NCBI GenBank assembly: GCA_964016885.1 | Contig: OZ024741.1 | Span: 3,224,001-3,288,000, forward strand | Source: Eledone cirrhosa | Taxonomy: Eukaryota | Direction of reading: 5' to 3' | Length of the DNA: 64,000 bases | In this document: in pieces, positions 42,151 to 57,899 of the stretch | Position numbering within the stretch: the stretch's first letter is position 1 | Layout of the letters: each line of letters begins with the position of its first letter | The notes under the pieces: generated by a model | Databases searched by the model: none | What the model saw: only the letters and a program-made list of their open reading frames with translations | Told to the model about the DNA's origin: nothing | Translations under genes and position numbers: made by a program

Positions 42151-43660
42151 ATTACAGCAATATAGAGAGACATAAAAACTACAGCAATATAGATACATAA
42201 CAACTACAGCAATATAAAGGGACAACATAACAACTACAGCAATATAGAGTGAAATAACAACTACAGCAATATAGAGAGACAAATCAACTACAGCAATATA
42301 GAAAGACTTAACAACTGCAGCACTATAGAGAGACATAACATCTACAGCAATATAGAGACATAACAACTACAGCAATATAGAGACATAACAACTACAGAAA
42401 TATAGAGACATAACAACTACAGCAATATAGAGACATAACAACTACAGCAATGTAGAGAGACATAACAACTACAGCAATATAGAGAGACATAACAACTACA
42501 GCAATATAGAGAGATAACAACTACAGCAATATAGAGGGACATAACCACTACAGCAATATAGAGACATAACAACTACAGCAATAGAGAGACATAACAACTA
42601 CAGCAATATAAAGGGACAACATAACAACTACAGCAATATAGAGAGTCCTAACAACTACAGCAATATAGAGATAACAACTACAGTAATATAGAGAGACATA
42701 ACAACTACAGAAATATAGAGAGACAACATAACAACTACAGCAATATAGAGAGACATAACAACTACAGCAATATAGAAAGACATAACAACTACAGCAATAT
42801 AGAGAGACATAACAACTACAGCAATATAGAGAGATAACAACTACAACAATATAGAGAGACAACATAACAACTACAGCAATATAGAGAGACAACATAATAA
42901 CTACAGCAATATAGAGACATAACAACTACAGCAATATAGAGAGATAACAACTACAGCAATATAGAGAGACAACATGAAATCTACAGCAATATAGAGAGAC
43001 AACATAACAACTACAGCAATATAGAGACATAACAACTACAGCAATATAGAGAGATAACAACTACAGCAATATAGAGAGACATAACAACTCCAGCAATATA
43101 GAGTGACAACATAACAACGACAGCAATATAGGGAGACATAACAATTACAGCAATATAGAAAGACATAACAACTACAGCAATATAGAGAGACATAACAACT
43201 ACAGCAATATAGAGAGATAACAACTACAGCAATATAGAGAGACATAACAACTACAGCAATATAGAGAAACAACATAACAACTACAGCAATATAGAGAGAC
43301 ATAACAACTACAGCAATATAGAGACATAACAACTACAGCAATATAGCGACATAACAACTACAGCAATATAGAGAGACTACATAACAACTACAGCAACATA
43401 GAGAGACAACAACTACAGCAACATAGAGACATAACAACTACACCAATATAGAGAGACAACATAACAACTACAGCAATATTGAGAGACATAACAACTACAG
43501 CAATATAGAAACATAACAACTACAGCAATATAGAGAGACATAACAACTACAACAATATAGAAAGACATAACAACTACAGCAATATAGAGAGACATATCAA
43601 CTACAGAAATATAGAGAGACAACATGAAATCTACAGCAATATAGAGAGACAACATAACAA

Positions 43661-46600
43661 CTACAGCAATGTAGAGACATAACAACTACAGCAATATAGA
43701 GAGATAACAACTATATCAATATAGAGAGACATAACAACTACAGCAATATAGAGAGACAACATAACAACTACAGCAATATAGAGAGACAAATCAACTACAG
43801 CAATATAGAAAGACTTAACAACTGCAGCAATATAGAGAGACATAACATCTACAGCAATATAGAGACATAACAACTACAGCAATATAGAGACATAACAACT
43901 ACAGAAATATAGAGACATAACAACTACAGCAATATAGAGACATAACAACTACAGCAATGTAGAGAGACATAACAACTACAGCAATATAGAGAGACATATC
44001 AACTACAGCAATATAGAGAGATAACAACTACAGCAATATAGAGAGACATAACCACTGCAGCAATATAGAGACATAACAACTACAGCAATAGAGAGACATA
44101 ACAACTACAGCAATATAAAGGGACAACATAACAACTACAGCAATATAGAGAGACATAACAACTACAGCAATATAGAGATAACAACTACAGTAATATAGAG
44201 AGACATAACAACTACAGAAATATAGAGAGACAACATAACAACTACAGCAATATAGAGAGACATAACAACTACAGCAATATAGAAAGACATAACAACTACA
44301 GCAATATAGAGAGACATAACAACTACAGCAATATAGAGAGATAACAATTACAACAATATAGAGAGACGATATAACAACTACAGCAATATAGAGAGACCAC
44401 ATAATAACTACAGCAATATAGAGAGATAACAACTACATCAATATAGAGAGACATAACAACTGCAGCAATATAGAGTGACAACATAACAACGACAGCAATA
44501 TAGGGAGACATAACAATTACAGCAATATAGAAAGACATAACAACTACAGCAATATAGAGAGACATAACAACTACAGCAATATAGAGAGATAACAACTACA
44601 GCAATATAGAGAGACATAACAACTACAGCAATATAGAGACATAACAACTACAGAAATATAGAGAGACAACATAACAACTACAGCAATATAGAGAGACATA
44701 ACAACTACAGCAATATAGAAAGACATAACAACTACAGCAATATAGAGAGACATATCAACTACAGAAATATAGAGAGACAACATGAAATCTACAGCAATAT
44801 AGAGAGACAACATAACAACTACAGCAATGTAGAGACATAAAAACTACAGCAATATAGAGAGATAACAACTACAGCAATATCGATAGACATAACAACTGCA
44901 GCAATATATAGTGACAACATAACAACGACAGCAATATAGGGAGACATAACAAATACAGCAATATAGAAAGACATAACAACTACAGCAATATAGAGAGACA
45001 TAACAATTACAGCAATATGGAGAGATAACAACTACAGCAATATAGAGAGACATAACAACTACAGCAATATAGAGAGACAACATAACAACTACAGCAATAT
45101 AGAGAGACAAATCAACTACAGCAATATAGAAAGACTTAACAACTGCAGCAATATAGAGAGACATAACATCTACAGCAATATAGAGACATAACAACTACAG
45201 CAATATAGAGACATAACAACTACAGAAATATAGAGACATAACAACTACAGCAATATAGAGACATAACAACTACAGCAATGTAGAGAGATATAACAACTAC
45301 AGCAATATAGAGAGACATAACAACTACAGCAATATAGAGAGATAACAACTACAGCAATATAGAGAGACATAACCACTACAGCAATATAGAGACATAACAA
45401 CTACAGCAATAGAGAGACATAACAACTACAGCAATATAAAGGGACAACATAACAACTACAGCAATATAGAGAGACATAACAACTACAGCAATATAGAGAT
45501 AACAACTACAGTAATATAGAGAGACATAACAACTACAGAAATATAGAGAGACAACATAACAACTACAGCAATATAGAGAGACATAACAACTACAGCAATA
45601 TAGAAAGACATAACAACTACAGCAATATAGAGAGACATAACAACTACAGCAATATAGAGAGATAACAACTACAACAATATAGAGAGACAACATAACAACT
45701 ACAGCAATATAGAGAGACAACATAATAACTACAGCAATATAGAGACATAACAACTACAGCAATATAGAGACATGACAACTACAGCAATGTAGAGAGACAT
45801 AACAATTACAGCAATATAGAGAGACATAACAACTACAGCAATATAGAGAGATAACAACTACAGCAATATAGAGAGACATAACAACTACAGCAATATAGAG
45901 AGATAACAATTACAGCAATATAGAGAGACAGAACAACTACAGCAATATAGAGACATAACAACTACAGCAATATAAAGGGACAACATAACAACTACAGCAA
46001 TATAGAGAGAAATAACAACTACAGCAATATAGAGATAATAACTACAACAATATAGAGAGACATAACAACTACAGAAATATAGAGAGACAACATAACAACT
46101 ACAGCAATATAGAGAGACATAACAACTACAGTAATATAGAAAGACATAACAACTACAGCAATATGGAGAGACATAACAACTACAGCAATATAGAGAGCCA
46201 ACATAATAACTACAGCAATGTAGAGACATAACAACTACAGCAATATAGAGAGATAACAACTATATCAATATAGAGAGACATAACAACTACAGCAATATAG
46301 AGAGACATCATAACAACTACAGCAATATAGAGAGACAAATCAACTACAGCAATATAGAAAGACTTAACAACTGCAGCAATATAGAGAGACATAACATCTA
46401 CAGCAATATAGAGACATAACAACTACAGGAATATAGAGACATAACAACTACAGAAATATAGAGACATAACAACTACAGCAATATAGAGACATAACAACTA
46501 CAGCAATGTAGAGAGACATAACAACTACAGCAATATAGAGAGACATATCAACTACAGCAATTTAGAGAGATAACAACTACAGCAATATAGAGAGACATAA

Positions 46601-47410
46601 CCACTGCAGCAATATAGAGACATAACAACTACAGCAATAGAGAGACATAACAACTACAGCAATATAAAGGGACAACATAACAACTACAGCAATATAGAGA
46701 GACATAACAACTACAGCAATATAGAGATAACAACTACAGTAATATAGAGAGACATAACAACTACAGAAATATAGAGAGACAACATAACAACTACAGCAAT
46801 ATAGAGAGACATAACAACTACAGCAATATAGAAAGACATAACAACTACAGCAATATAGAGAGACATAACAACTACAGCAATATAGAGAGATAACAATTAC
46901 AACAATATAGAGAGACGATATAACAACTACAGCAATATAGAGAGACCACATATTAACTACAGCAATATAGAGAGATAACAACTACATCAATATAGAGAGA
47001 CATAACAACTGCAGCAATATAGAGTGACAACATAACAACGACAGCAATATAGGGAGACATAACAATTACAGCAATATAGAAAGACATAACAACTACAGCA
47101 ATATAGAGAGACATAACAACTACAGCAATATAGAGAGATAACAACTACAGCAATATAGAGAGACATAACAACTACAGCAATATAGAGACATAACAACTAC
47201 AGAAATATAGAGAGACAACATAACAACTACAGCAATATAGAGAGACATAACAACTACAGCAATATAGAAAGACATAACAGCTACAGCAATATAGAGAGAC
47301 ATATCAACTACAGAAATACAGAGAGACAACATGAAATCTACAGCAATATAGAGAGACAACATAACAACTACAGCAATGTAGAGACATAAAAACTACAGCA
47401 ATATAGAGAG
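43661..47410. repeat. ~1.2-kb segment repeated at offset 2549 (43661-44860, 46210-47410), flanking a third partial copy of the 4.5-kb unit
   Basis: ORFs 43661/46210, 44028/46577 and 44571/47120. ORFs 44819, 44844 and 45376 match 33488, 33513 and 38527. Confidence 0.85.
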
Positions 47411-47589
47411 ACAACATAAGAACTACAGCAATATAGAGAGACATAACAACTACAGCAATATAGAAAGACATAACAACAACAGCAATATAGAGAGACTTAA
47501 TAACTACACCAATATAGAGAGATAACAATTAGCAGCAATATAGAGACATAACAACTACAGCAATATAGAGAGACAACATAACAACTAAA

Positions 47590-49760
47590 GCAATATAGAG
47601 AGACAACAACTACAGCAACATAGAGACATAACAATTACACCAATATAGAGACACAATATAACAACTCCAGCAATATTGAGAAACATAACAACTACAGCAA
47701 TATAGAGACATAACAACTACAGCAATATAGAGACATAACAACTACAGCAATATAGAGAGACATAAATACTACACCAATATAGAGAGACAACTTAACAACT
47801 ACAGCAATATAGAGATACATAACAACTACAGCAATATAGAGAGACAACATAACAACTACAGCAATATAGAGATACATAACAACTACAGCAATATAGAAAA
47901 ACAGCATAACAACTACATCAATATAGCGAGACATACAACTATAGCAATATAGAGAGACATAACAACTACAGCAATATAGAGAGACATAACAACTACAGCA
48001 ATATCGAGAGAATACAACTACAGCAATATTGAGAGATATAACCACTACAGCAATATAGAGAGATAACAACTACAGCAGTATAGAGAGACATAACAACTAC
48101 AGCAATATAGAGACATAACAACTACAGCAATATAAAGGGACAACATAATGACTACAGCAATATAGAGAGACATAACCACTACAGCAATATAGAGACATAT
48201 CAACTACAGCAATATAGAGAGACATAACAACTGCAGCAATATAGAGAGACAACATAACAACGACAGCAATATAGGGAGACATAACAAATACAGCAATATA
48301 GAGAGACATAACAACTACAGCAATATAGAGAGATAACAACTACAGCAATATAGAGAGACATAACAACTACAGCAATATAGAGAGACAACATAACAACTAC
48401 AGCAATATAGAGAGACATAACAACTACAGCAATATAGAAAGACATAACAACAACAGCAATATAGAGAGACATAACAACTACAGCAATATAGAGAGATAAC
48501 AACTAGCAGCAATATAGAGACATAACAACTACAGCAATATAGAGAGATAACATAACAACTAAAGCAATATAGAGAGACAACAACTACAGCAACATAGAAA
48601 CATAACAATTACACCAATATAGAGAGACAATATAACAACTCCAGCAATATTGAGAGACATAACAACTACAGCAATATAGAGAGACAACAACTACAGCAAC
48701 ATAGAGACATAACAATTACACCAATATAGAGAGACAATATAACAACTCCAGCAATATTGAGAGACATAACAACTACAGCAATATAGAGACATAACAACTA
48801 CAGCAATATAGAGACATAACAACTACAGCAATATAGAGAGACATAAAAACTACACCAATATAGAGAGACAACATAACAACTACAGCAATATAGAGATACA
48901 TAACAACTACAGCAATATAGAGAGACAACATAACAACTACAGCAATATAGAGATACATAACAACTACAGCAATATAGAAAAACAACATAACAACTACATC
49001 AATATAGCGAGACATACAACTATAGCAATATAGAGAGACATAACAACTACAGCAATATAGAGAGACATAACAACTACAGCAATATCGAGAGAATACAACT
49101 ACAGCAATATTGAGAGACATAACCACTACAGCAATATAGAGAGATAACAACTACAGCAGTATAGAGAGACATAACAACTACAGCAATATAGAGACATAAC
49201 AACTACAGCAATATAAAAGGACAACATAACGACTACAGCAATATAGAGAGACATAACCACTACAGCAATATAGAGACATATCAACTACAGCAATATAGAG
49301 AGACATAACAACTGCAGCAATATAGAGAGACAACATAACAACGACAGCAATATAGGGAGACATAACAAATACAGCAATATAGAGAGACATAGCAATTACA
49401 GCAATATAGAGAGATAACAACTACAGCAATATAGAGAGACATAACAACTACAGCAATATAGAGAGACAACATAACAACTACAGCAATATAGAGAGACATA
49501 ACAACTACAGCAATATAGAAAGACATAACAACAACAGCAATATAGAGAGACATAACAACTACAGCAATATAGAGAGATAACAACTAGCAGCAATATAGAG
49601 ACATAACAACTACAGCAATATAGAGAGATAACATAACAACTAAAGCAATATAGAGAGACAACAACTACAGCAACATAGAAACATAACAATTACACCAATA
49701 TAGAGAGACAATATAACAACTCCAGCAATATTGAGAGACATAACAACTACAGCAATATAG
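47590..49760. repeat. 1081-bp tandem duplication in array B
   Basis: ORFs 47692/48773, 48097/49178, 48200/49281 and 48315/49396 are all offset by 1081. Confidence 0.9.
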
Positions 49761-52700
49761 AGACATAACAACTACAGCAATATAGAGACATAACAACTAC
49801 AGCATCATAGAAAGACATAACAACTACAGCAATATAGAGAGACATAACAACTACAGGAATATAGAGAGATAACAACTAGAGCAATATAGAGAGACAACAT
49901 AACAAATACAGCAATATTGAGAGACAACATAACAACTACAGCAATATAGAGAGTCATAACAACTACAGCATCATAGAAAGACATAACAACTACAGCAATA
50001 TAGAGAGACATAACAACTACAGCAATATGGAGAGATAACAACTAAAGCAATATAGAGAGACAACATAACAACTACAGCAATATAGAGAGACAACATAACA
50101 ACTACAGCAGTATAGAGAGACAACATAACAACTACAGCAATATAGAGACATAACAACTACAGCAATATAGAGAGACATAACAACTACAACAATATAGAGA
50201 AACAACATAACAACTACATCAATATAGCGAGACATACAACTACAGCAATATAGAGAGACATAACCACTACAGCAATATAGAGAGATAACAACTACAGCAG
50301 TATAGAGAGACATAACAACTACAGCAATATAGAGACATAACAACTACAGCAATATAGAGACATAACAACTACAGCAATATAAAGGGACAACATAACGACT
50401 ACAGCAATATAGCGAGACATAACCACTACAGCAATATAGAGAGACATAACAACTACAGCAATATAGAGAGACATAAAAACTACAGCAATATAGAGAGACA
50501 ACATAACAACTACAGCAATATAGAGAGACACAACAACTACAGCAATATAGAGAAACAACATAACAACTACATTAATATAGCGAAACATACAACTACAGCA
50601 ATATAGAGAGACATAAAAACTACAGCAATATAGAGACATAACAACTACAGCAATATAGAGAGACAACATAACAACTACAGCAATATAGAGAGACAACATA
50701 ACAACTACAGCAGTATAGAGAGACAACATAACAACTACAGCAATATAGAGACATAACAACTACAGCAATATAGAGAGACATAACAACTACAACAATATAG
50801 AGAAACAACATAACAACAACATCAATATAGCGAGACATACAACTACAGCAATATAGAGAGACATAACAACTACAGCAATATAGAGAGACATAAAAACTAC
50901 ACCAATATAGAGAGACAACATAACAACTACAGCAATATAGAGAGACATAACAACTACAGCAATATAGAAAACACCATAACAACTACATCAATATAGCGAG
51001 ATATACAACTACAGCAATATAGAGAAACATAAAAACTACACCAATATAGAGAGACAATACAACTACAGCAATATAGAAAGACAACATAACAACTACAGCA
51101 ATATAGATAGACATAACAACTACAGCAATATCGAGAGATAAAAACTACAGCAATATAGAGAGACATAACAACTACAGCAATATAGAGACATAACAACTAC
51201 AGCAATATAAAGGGACAACATAACAACTACAGCAATTTAGAGACATATCAACTACAGCAATATAGAGTGGCATAACAACTGCAGCAATATAGAGAAACAA
51301 CATAACAACGGCAGCAATATAGGGAGACATAACAAATACAGCAATATAGAGAGACATAACAACTACAGCAATATAGAGAGATAGCAACTACAGCAATATA
51401 GAGAGAGATTAGAACTACAGCAATATAGAGAGACAACATAACAACCACAGCAATATAGAAAGACATAACAACAACAGCAATATAGAGAGACTTAATAACT
51501 ACAGCAATATAGAGAGATAACAACTAGCAGCAATATAGAGACAAAACAACTACAGCAATATAGAGAGACAACAACTACAGCAACATAGAGACATAACAAT
51601 TACACCAATATAGAGAGACATTATAACAACTCCAGCAATATTGAGAGACATAACAACTACAGAAATATAGAGACATAACAACTACAGCAATATAGACACA
51701 TAACAAGTACAACAATATAGAGAGATAAAAACTACAGCAATATAGAGAGACATAACAACTACAGCAATATAGAGAGACATAACAACTACAGCAATATAGA
51801 GAGATAACAACTACAGCAATATAGAGAGACATAACAACTACAGCAATATAGAGAGACATAACAACTACAACAATATAGAGAGACATAACAACTACAGCAT
51901 TATAGAGACATAACAACTACAGCAATATAGAGACATAACAACTACAGAAATATAGAGACATAACAACTACACCAATATAGAGACATAACAGCTACAGCAA
52001 TGTAGAGAGACATAACAACTCCAGCAATATAGAGAGACATAACAACTTCAGCAATATAGAGAGGTAACAACTACAGCAATATAGAGAGACATAACAACTA
52101 CAGCAATATAGAGACATAACAACTACAGCAATATAAAGGGACAACATTACAATTATTAATATAGAGAGACATAACAACTACAGCAATATAGAGACATATC
52201 AACTACAGCAATATAGAGAGACATAACAACTGCAGCAATATAGAGAGACAACATAACGACGACAGCAATATAGGGAGACGTAACAAATACAGCAATATAG
52301 AAAGACATAACAACTACAGCAATATAGAGAGACATATCAACTACAGCAATATAGAGACATAACAACTACAGCAATATAAAGGGACAACATAACAACTACA
52401 GCAATATAGATAGACATAACAACTACAGCAATATAGAGACATATCAACTACAGCAATATAGAGAGACAACATAACAACGACAGCAATATAGGGAGACATA
52501 ACAAATACAGCAATATAGAGAGACATAACACCTACAGCAATATAGAGATAACAACTACAGCAATTTAGAGAGACATAACAACTACAGCAATATAGAGAGA
52601 CAACATAACAACTACAGCAATATAGAGAGACATAAGAACTACAGCAATATAGAAAGACATAACAACTACAGCAATATAGAGAGACATAACAACTACAGCA

Positions 52701-52984
52701 ATATAGAAAGACATAACAACTACAGCAATATAGAGAGACATAACAACTACAGGAATATAGAGAGATAACAACTACAGCAATATAGAGACACATAACAACT
52801 ACAGCAATATAAAGGGACAACATAACTACTACAGCAATATAGAGAGACATAACAACTGCAGCAATATAGAGAGACAACATAACAACTACAACAATATAGA
52901 GAGACATAACAACTACAGCAATATAGAGACATAACAAGTACAGCAATATAGAGAGACATAACAACAACAGCAATATAGAGAGAC

Positions 52985-55840
52985 ATAACAACTACAGCAA
53001 TATAGAGACATAACAACTACAGCAATATAGAGAGACAACATAACATATAAAGCAATATAGTGAGCCATAGCAACTACAGCAATATAGAGACATAACAACT
53101 ACAGCAATATAGAGAGACAACATAACAACTCCAGCAATATAGAGAGACATAACAACTACAGCAATATAGAGACATAACAACTACAGCAATATAGAGACAT
53201 AACAACTACAGCAATATAGAGAGACAACATAACAACTACAGCAATATAGAGAGACAACAACTACAGCAACATAGAGACATAACAACCACACCAATATAGA
53301 GAGACAACATAACAACTACAGCAATATAGAGAGACATAACAACTACAGCAATATAGAGACATAACAACTACAGCAATATAGAGAGACAATATAATAACTA
53401 CAGCAATATGGAGAGACATAACAACTACAGCAATATAGAAAGAAAACATAACAACTACAGCAATATAGAGAGACATAACAACTAAGGCAATATCGAGAGA
53501 TAACAAATACAGCAATATTGAGAGACATAACCACTACAGCAATATAGAGAGATAAAAACTACAGCAATATAGAGAGACATAACAACTACAGAAATATAGA
53601 GACATAACAAGTACAGCAATATAGAGAGACATAACAACAACAGCAATATAGAGAGACATAACAACTACAGCAATATAGAGACATAACAACTACAGCAATA
53701 TAGAGAGACAACATAACATATAAAGCAATATAGTGAGCCATAACAACTACAGCAATATAGAGACAGAACAACTACAGCAATATAGAGAGACAACATAACA
53801 ACTCCAGCAATATAGAGAGACATAACAACTACAGCAATATAGAGACGTAACAACTACAGCATTATAGAGACATAACAACTACAGCAATATAGAGAGACAA
53901 CATAACAACTACAGCAATATAGAGAGACAACAACTACAGCAACATAGAGACATAACAACCACACCAATATAGAGAAACAACATAACTACAGCAATATAGA
54001 GAGACATAACAACTACAGCAATATAGAGACATAACAACTACAGCAATATAGAGAGACAATATAACAACTACAGCAATATGGAGAGACAATATAACAACTC
54101 CAGCAAAATAGAGACATAACGACTACAGCAATATAGAGACATAACGACTACAGCAATATAGAGACATAACAGCTACAGCAATATAGAGACATAATAACTA
54201 CAGCAATATAAATGGACAACATAACAACTACAGCATTATAGAGAGACATACCAACTACAGCAATACAGAGACATAACAACTACAGCAATATAGAGAGACA
54301 TAACAACTGCAGCAATATAGAGAGACAACATAACAACGACAGCAATATAGGGAGACATAACAAATACAACAATATAGAAAGACATAAAAACTACAGCAAT
54401 ATAGAGAGACATAACAACTACAGCAATATAGAGACATAACAACTACAGCAATATAGAGAGACAACATAACATATAAAGCAATATAGTGAGCCATAGCAAC
54501 TACAGCAATATAGAGACATAATAACTACAGCAATATAGAGAGACAACATAACAACTCCAGCAATATAGAGAGACATAACAACTACAGCAATATAGAGACA
54601 TAACAACTACAGCAATATAGAGACATAACAACTACAGCAATATAGAGAGACAACATAACAACTACAGCAATATAGAGAGACAACAACTACAGCAACATAG
54701 AGACATAACAACCACACCAATATAGAGAGACAACATAACAACTACAGCAATATAGAGAGACATAACAACTACAGCAATATAGAGACATAACAACTACAGC
54801 AATATAGAGAGACAATATAATAACTACAGCAATATGGAGAGACATAACAACTACAGCAATATAGAAAGAAAACATAACAACTACAGCAATATAGAGAGAC
54901 ATAACAACTAAGGCAATATCGAGAGATAACAAATACAGCAATATTGAGAGACATAACCACTACAGCAATATAGAGAGATAAAAACTACAGCAATATAGAG
55001 AGACATAACAAATACAGAAATATAGAGACATAACAAGTACAGCAATATAGAGAGACATAACAACAACAGCAATATAGAGAGACATAACAACTACAGCAAT
55101 ATAGAGACATAACAACTACAGCAATATAGAGAGACAACATAACATATAAAGCAATATAGTGAGCCATAACAACTACAGCAATATAGAGACAGAACAACTA
55201 CAGCAATATAGAGAGACAACATAACAACTCCAGCAATATAGAGAGACATAACAACTACAGCAATATAGAGACGTAACAACTACAGCATTATAGAGACATA
55301 ACAACTACAGCAATATAGAGAGACAACATAACAACTACAGCAATATAGAGAGACAACAACTACAGCAACATAGAGACATAACAACCACACCAATATAGAG
55401 AAACAACATAACTACAGCAATATAGAGAGACATAACAACTACAGCAATATAGAGACATAACAACTACAGCAATATAGAGAGACAATATAACAACTACAGC
55501 AATATGGAGAGACAATATAACAACTCCAGCAAAATAGAGACATAACGACTACAGCAATATAGAGACATAACGACTACAGCAATATAGAGACATAACAGCT
55601 ACAGCAATATAGAGACATAATAACTACAGCAATATAAATGGATAACATAACAACTACAGCATTATAGAGAGACATACCAACTACAGCAATATAGAGACAT
55701 AACAACTACAGCAATATAGAGAGACATAACAACTGCAGCAATATAGAGAGACAACATAACAACGACAGCAATATAGGGAGACATAACAAATACAGCAATA
55801 TAGAAAGACATAAAAACTACAGCAATATAGAGAGACATAA
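52985..55840. repeat. 1426-bp tandem duplication with an internal ~673-bp sub-repeat
   Basis: ORFs 52992/54418, 53261/54687, 53665/55091 and 54236/55662 are offset by 1426. 52992/53665 are offset by 673 and share the rare variant AACATATAAAGCAATATAGTGAGCC. Confidence 0.88.
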
Positions 55841-57400
55841 CAACTAAAGCAATATAGAGACATAACAAGTACAGCAATATAGAGAGACATAACAACTATA
55901 GCAATATAGAGAGACATAACAACTACAGCAATATAGAGACATAACAACTACAGCAATATAGAGAGAAAACATAACAACTACAGCAATATAGAGACATAAC
56001 AACTACAGCAATATAGAGACATAACAACTACAGCAATATAGAGAGACAACATAACAACTACAGCAATATAGAGAGACATAACAACTACAACAATATAGAG
56101 ACACATAACAACTACAGCAATATAGAGACATAACAACTACAGCAATGTAGAGACATAACAACTACAGAAATATAGAGACATAACAACTACAGCAATATAG
56201 AGACATAACAACTACAGCTATGTAGAGAGACATAACAACTACAGCAATATAGAGAGACATAACAACTACAGCAATATAGAGACATAACAACTACAGCAAT
56301 ATAGAGACATAACAACTACAGCAATATAGAGACATAACAAGTACAACAATATAGAGAGATAAAAACTACAGCAATATAGAGAGACATAACAACTACAGCA
56401 ATATAGAGAGACATAACAACTACAGCAATATAGAGACATAACAACTACAGCAATATAGAGAGACAATATAACAACTCCAGCAATATAGAGACATAACGAC
56501 TACAGCAATATAGAGACATAACGACTACAGCAATATAGAGAAATAACAGCTACAGCAATATAGAGACATAATAACTACAGCAATATAAATGGACAACATA
56601 ACAACTACAGCATTATAGAGAGACATACCAACTACAGCAATATAGAGACATAACAACTACAGCAATATAGAGAGACATAACAACTGCAGCAATATAGAGA
56701 GACAACATAACAACGACAGCAATATAGGGAGACATAACAAATACAGCAATATAGAAAGACATAAAAACTACAGCAATATAGAGAGACATAACAACTAAAG
56801 CAATATAGAGACATAACAAGTACAGCAATATAGAGAGACATAACAACTATAGCAATATAGAGAGACATAACAACTACAGCAATATTGAGACATAACAACT
56901 ACAGCAATATAGAGAGAAAACATAACAACTACAGCAATATAGAGACATAACAACTACAGCAATATAGAGACATAACAACTACAGCAATATAGAGAGACAA
57001 CATAACAACTACAGCAATATAGAGAGACATAACAACTACAACAATATAGAGACACATAACAACTACAGCAATATAGAGACATAACAACTACAGCAATATA
57101 GAGACATAACAACTACAGAAATATAGAGACATAACAACTACAGCAATATAGAGACATAACAACTACAGCGATGTAGAGAGACATAACAACTACAGCAATA
57201 TAGAGAGACATAACAACTACAGCAATATAGAGACATAACAACTACAGCAATATAGAGACATAACAACTACAGCAATATAGAGACATAACAAGTACAACAA
57301 TATAGAGAGATAAAAACTACAGCAATATAGAGAGACATAACAACTACAGCAATATAGAGAGACATAACAACTACAGCAATATAGAGAGATAACAACTACA
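55510..57400. repeat. 951-bp tandem duplication
   Basis: ORFs 55662/56613, 55681/56632 and 56266/57217. GACAATATAACAACTCCAG occurs at 55511 and 56462. Confidence 0.88.
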
Positions 57401-57899
57401 GCAATATAGAGAGACATAACAACTACAGCAATATAGAGAGACATAACAACTACAACAATATAGAGAGACATAACAACTACTGCAATATAGAGACATAACA
57501 ACTACAGCAATATAGAGACATAACAACTACAGAAATATAGAGACATAACAACTACACCAATATAGACACATAACAACTACAGCAATGTAGAGAGACATAA
57601 CAACTACAGCAATGTAGAGAGACATAACAACTAAAGCAATATTGAGAGGTAACAACTACAGCAATATAGAGAGACATAACAACTACAGCAATATAGAGAG
57701 ACATGACAACTACAGCAATATAGAGACATAACAATCACAGCAACATGGAGACATAACAACTACACCAATATAAAGAGACAACATAACAACTACAGCAATA
57801 TAGAGAGACATAACAACAACAACAATATAGAGAGACATAACACCTACAGCAATATAGAGACATAACAACTACAGCAATATAGAGACATAACAACTACAG

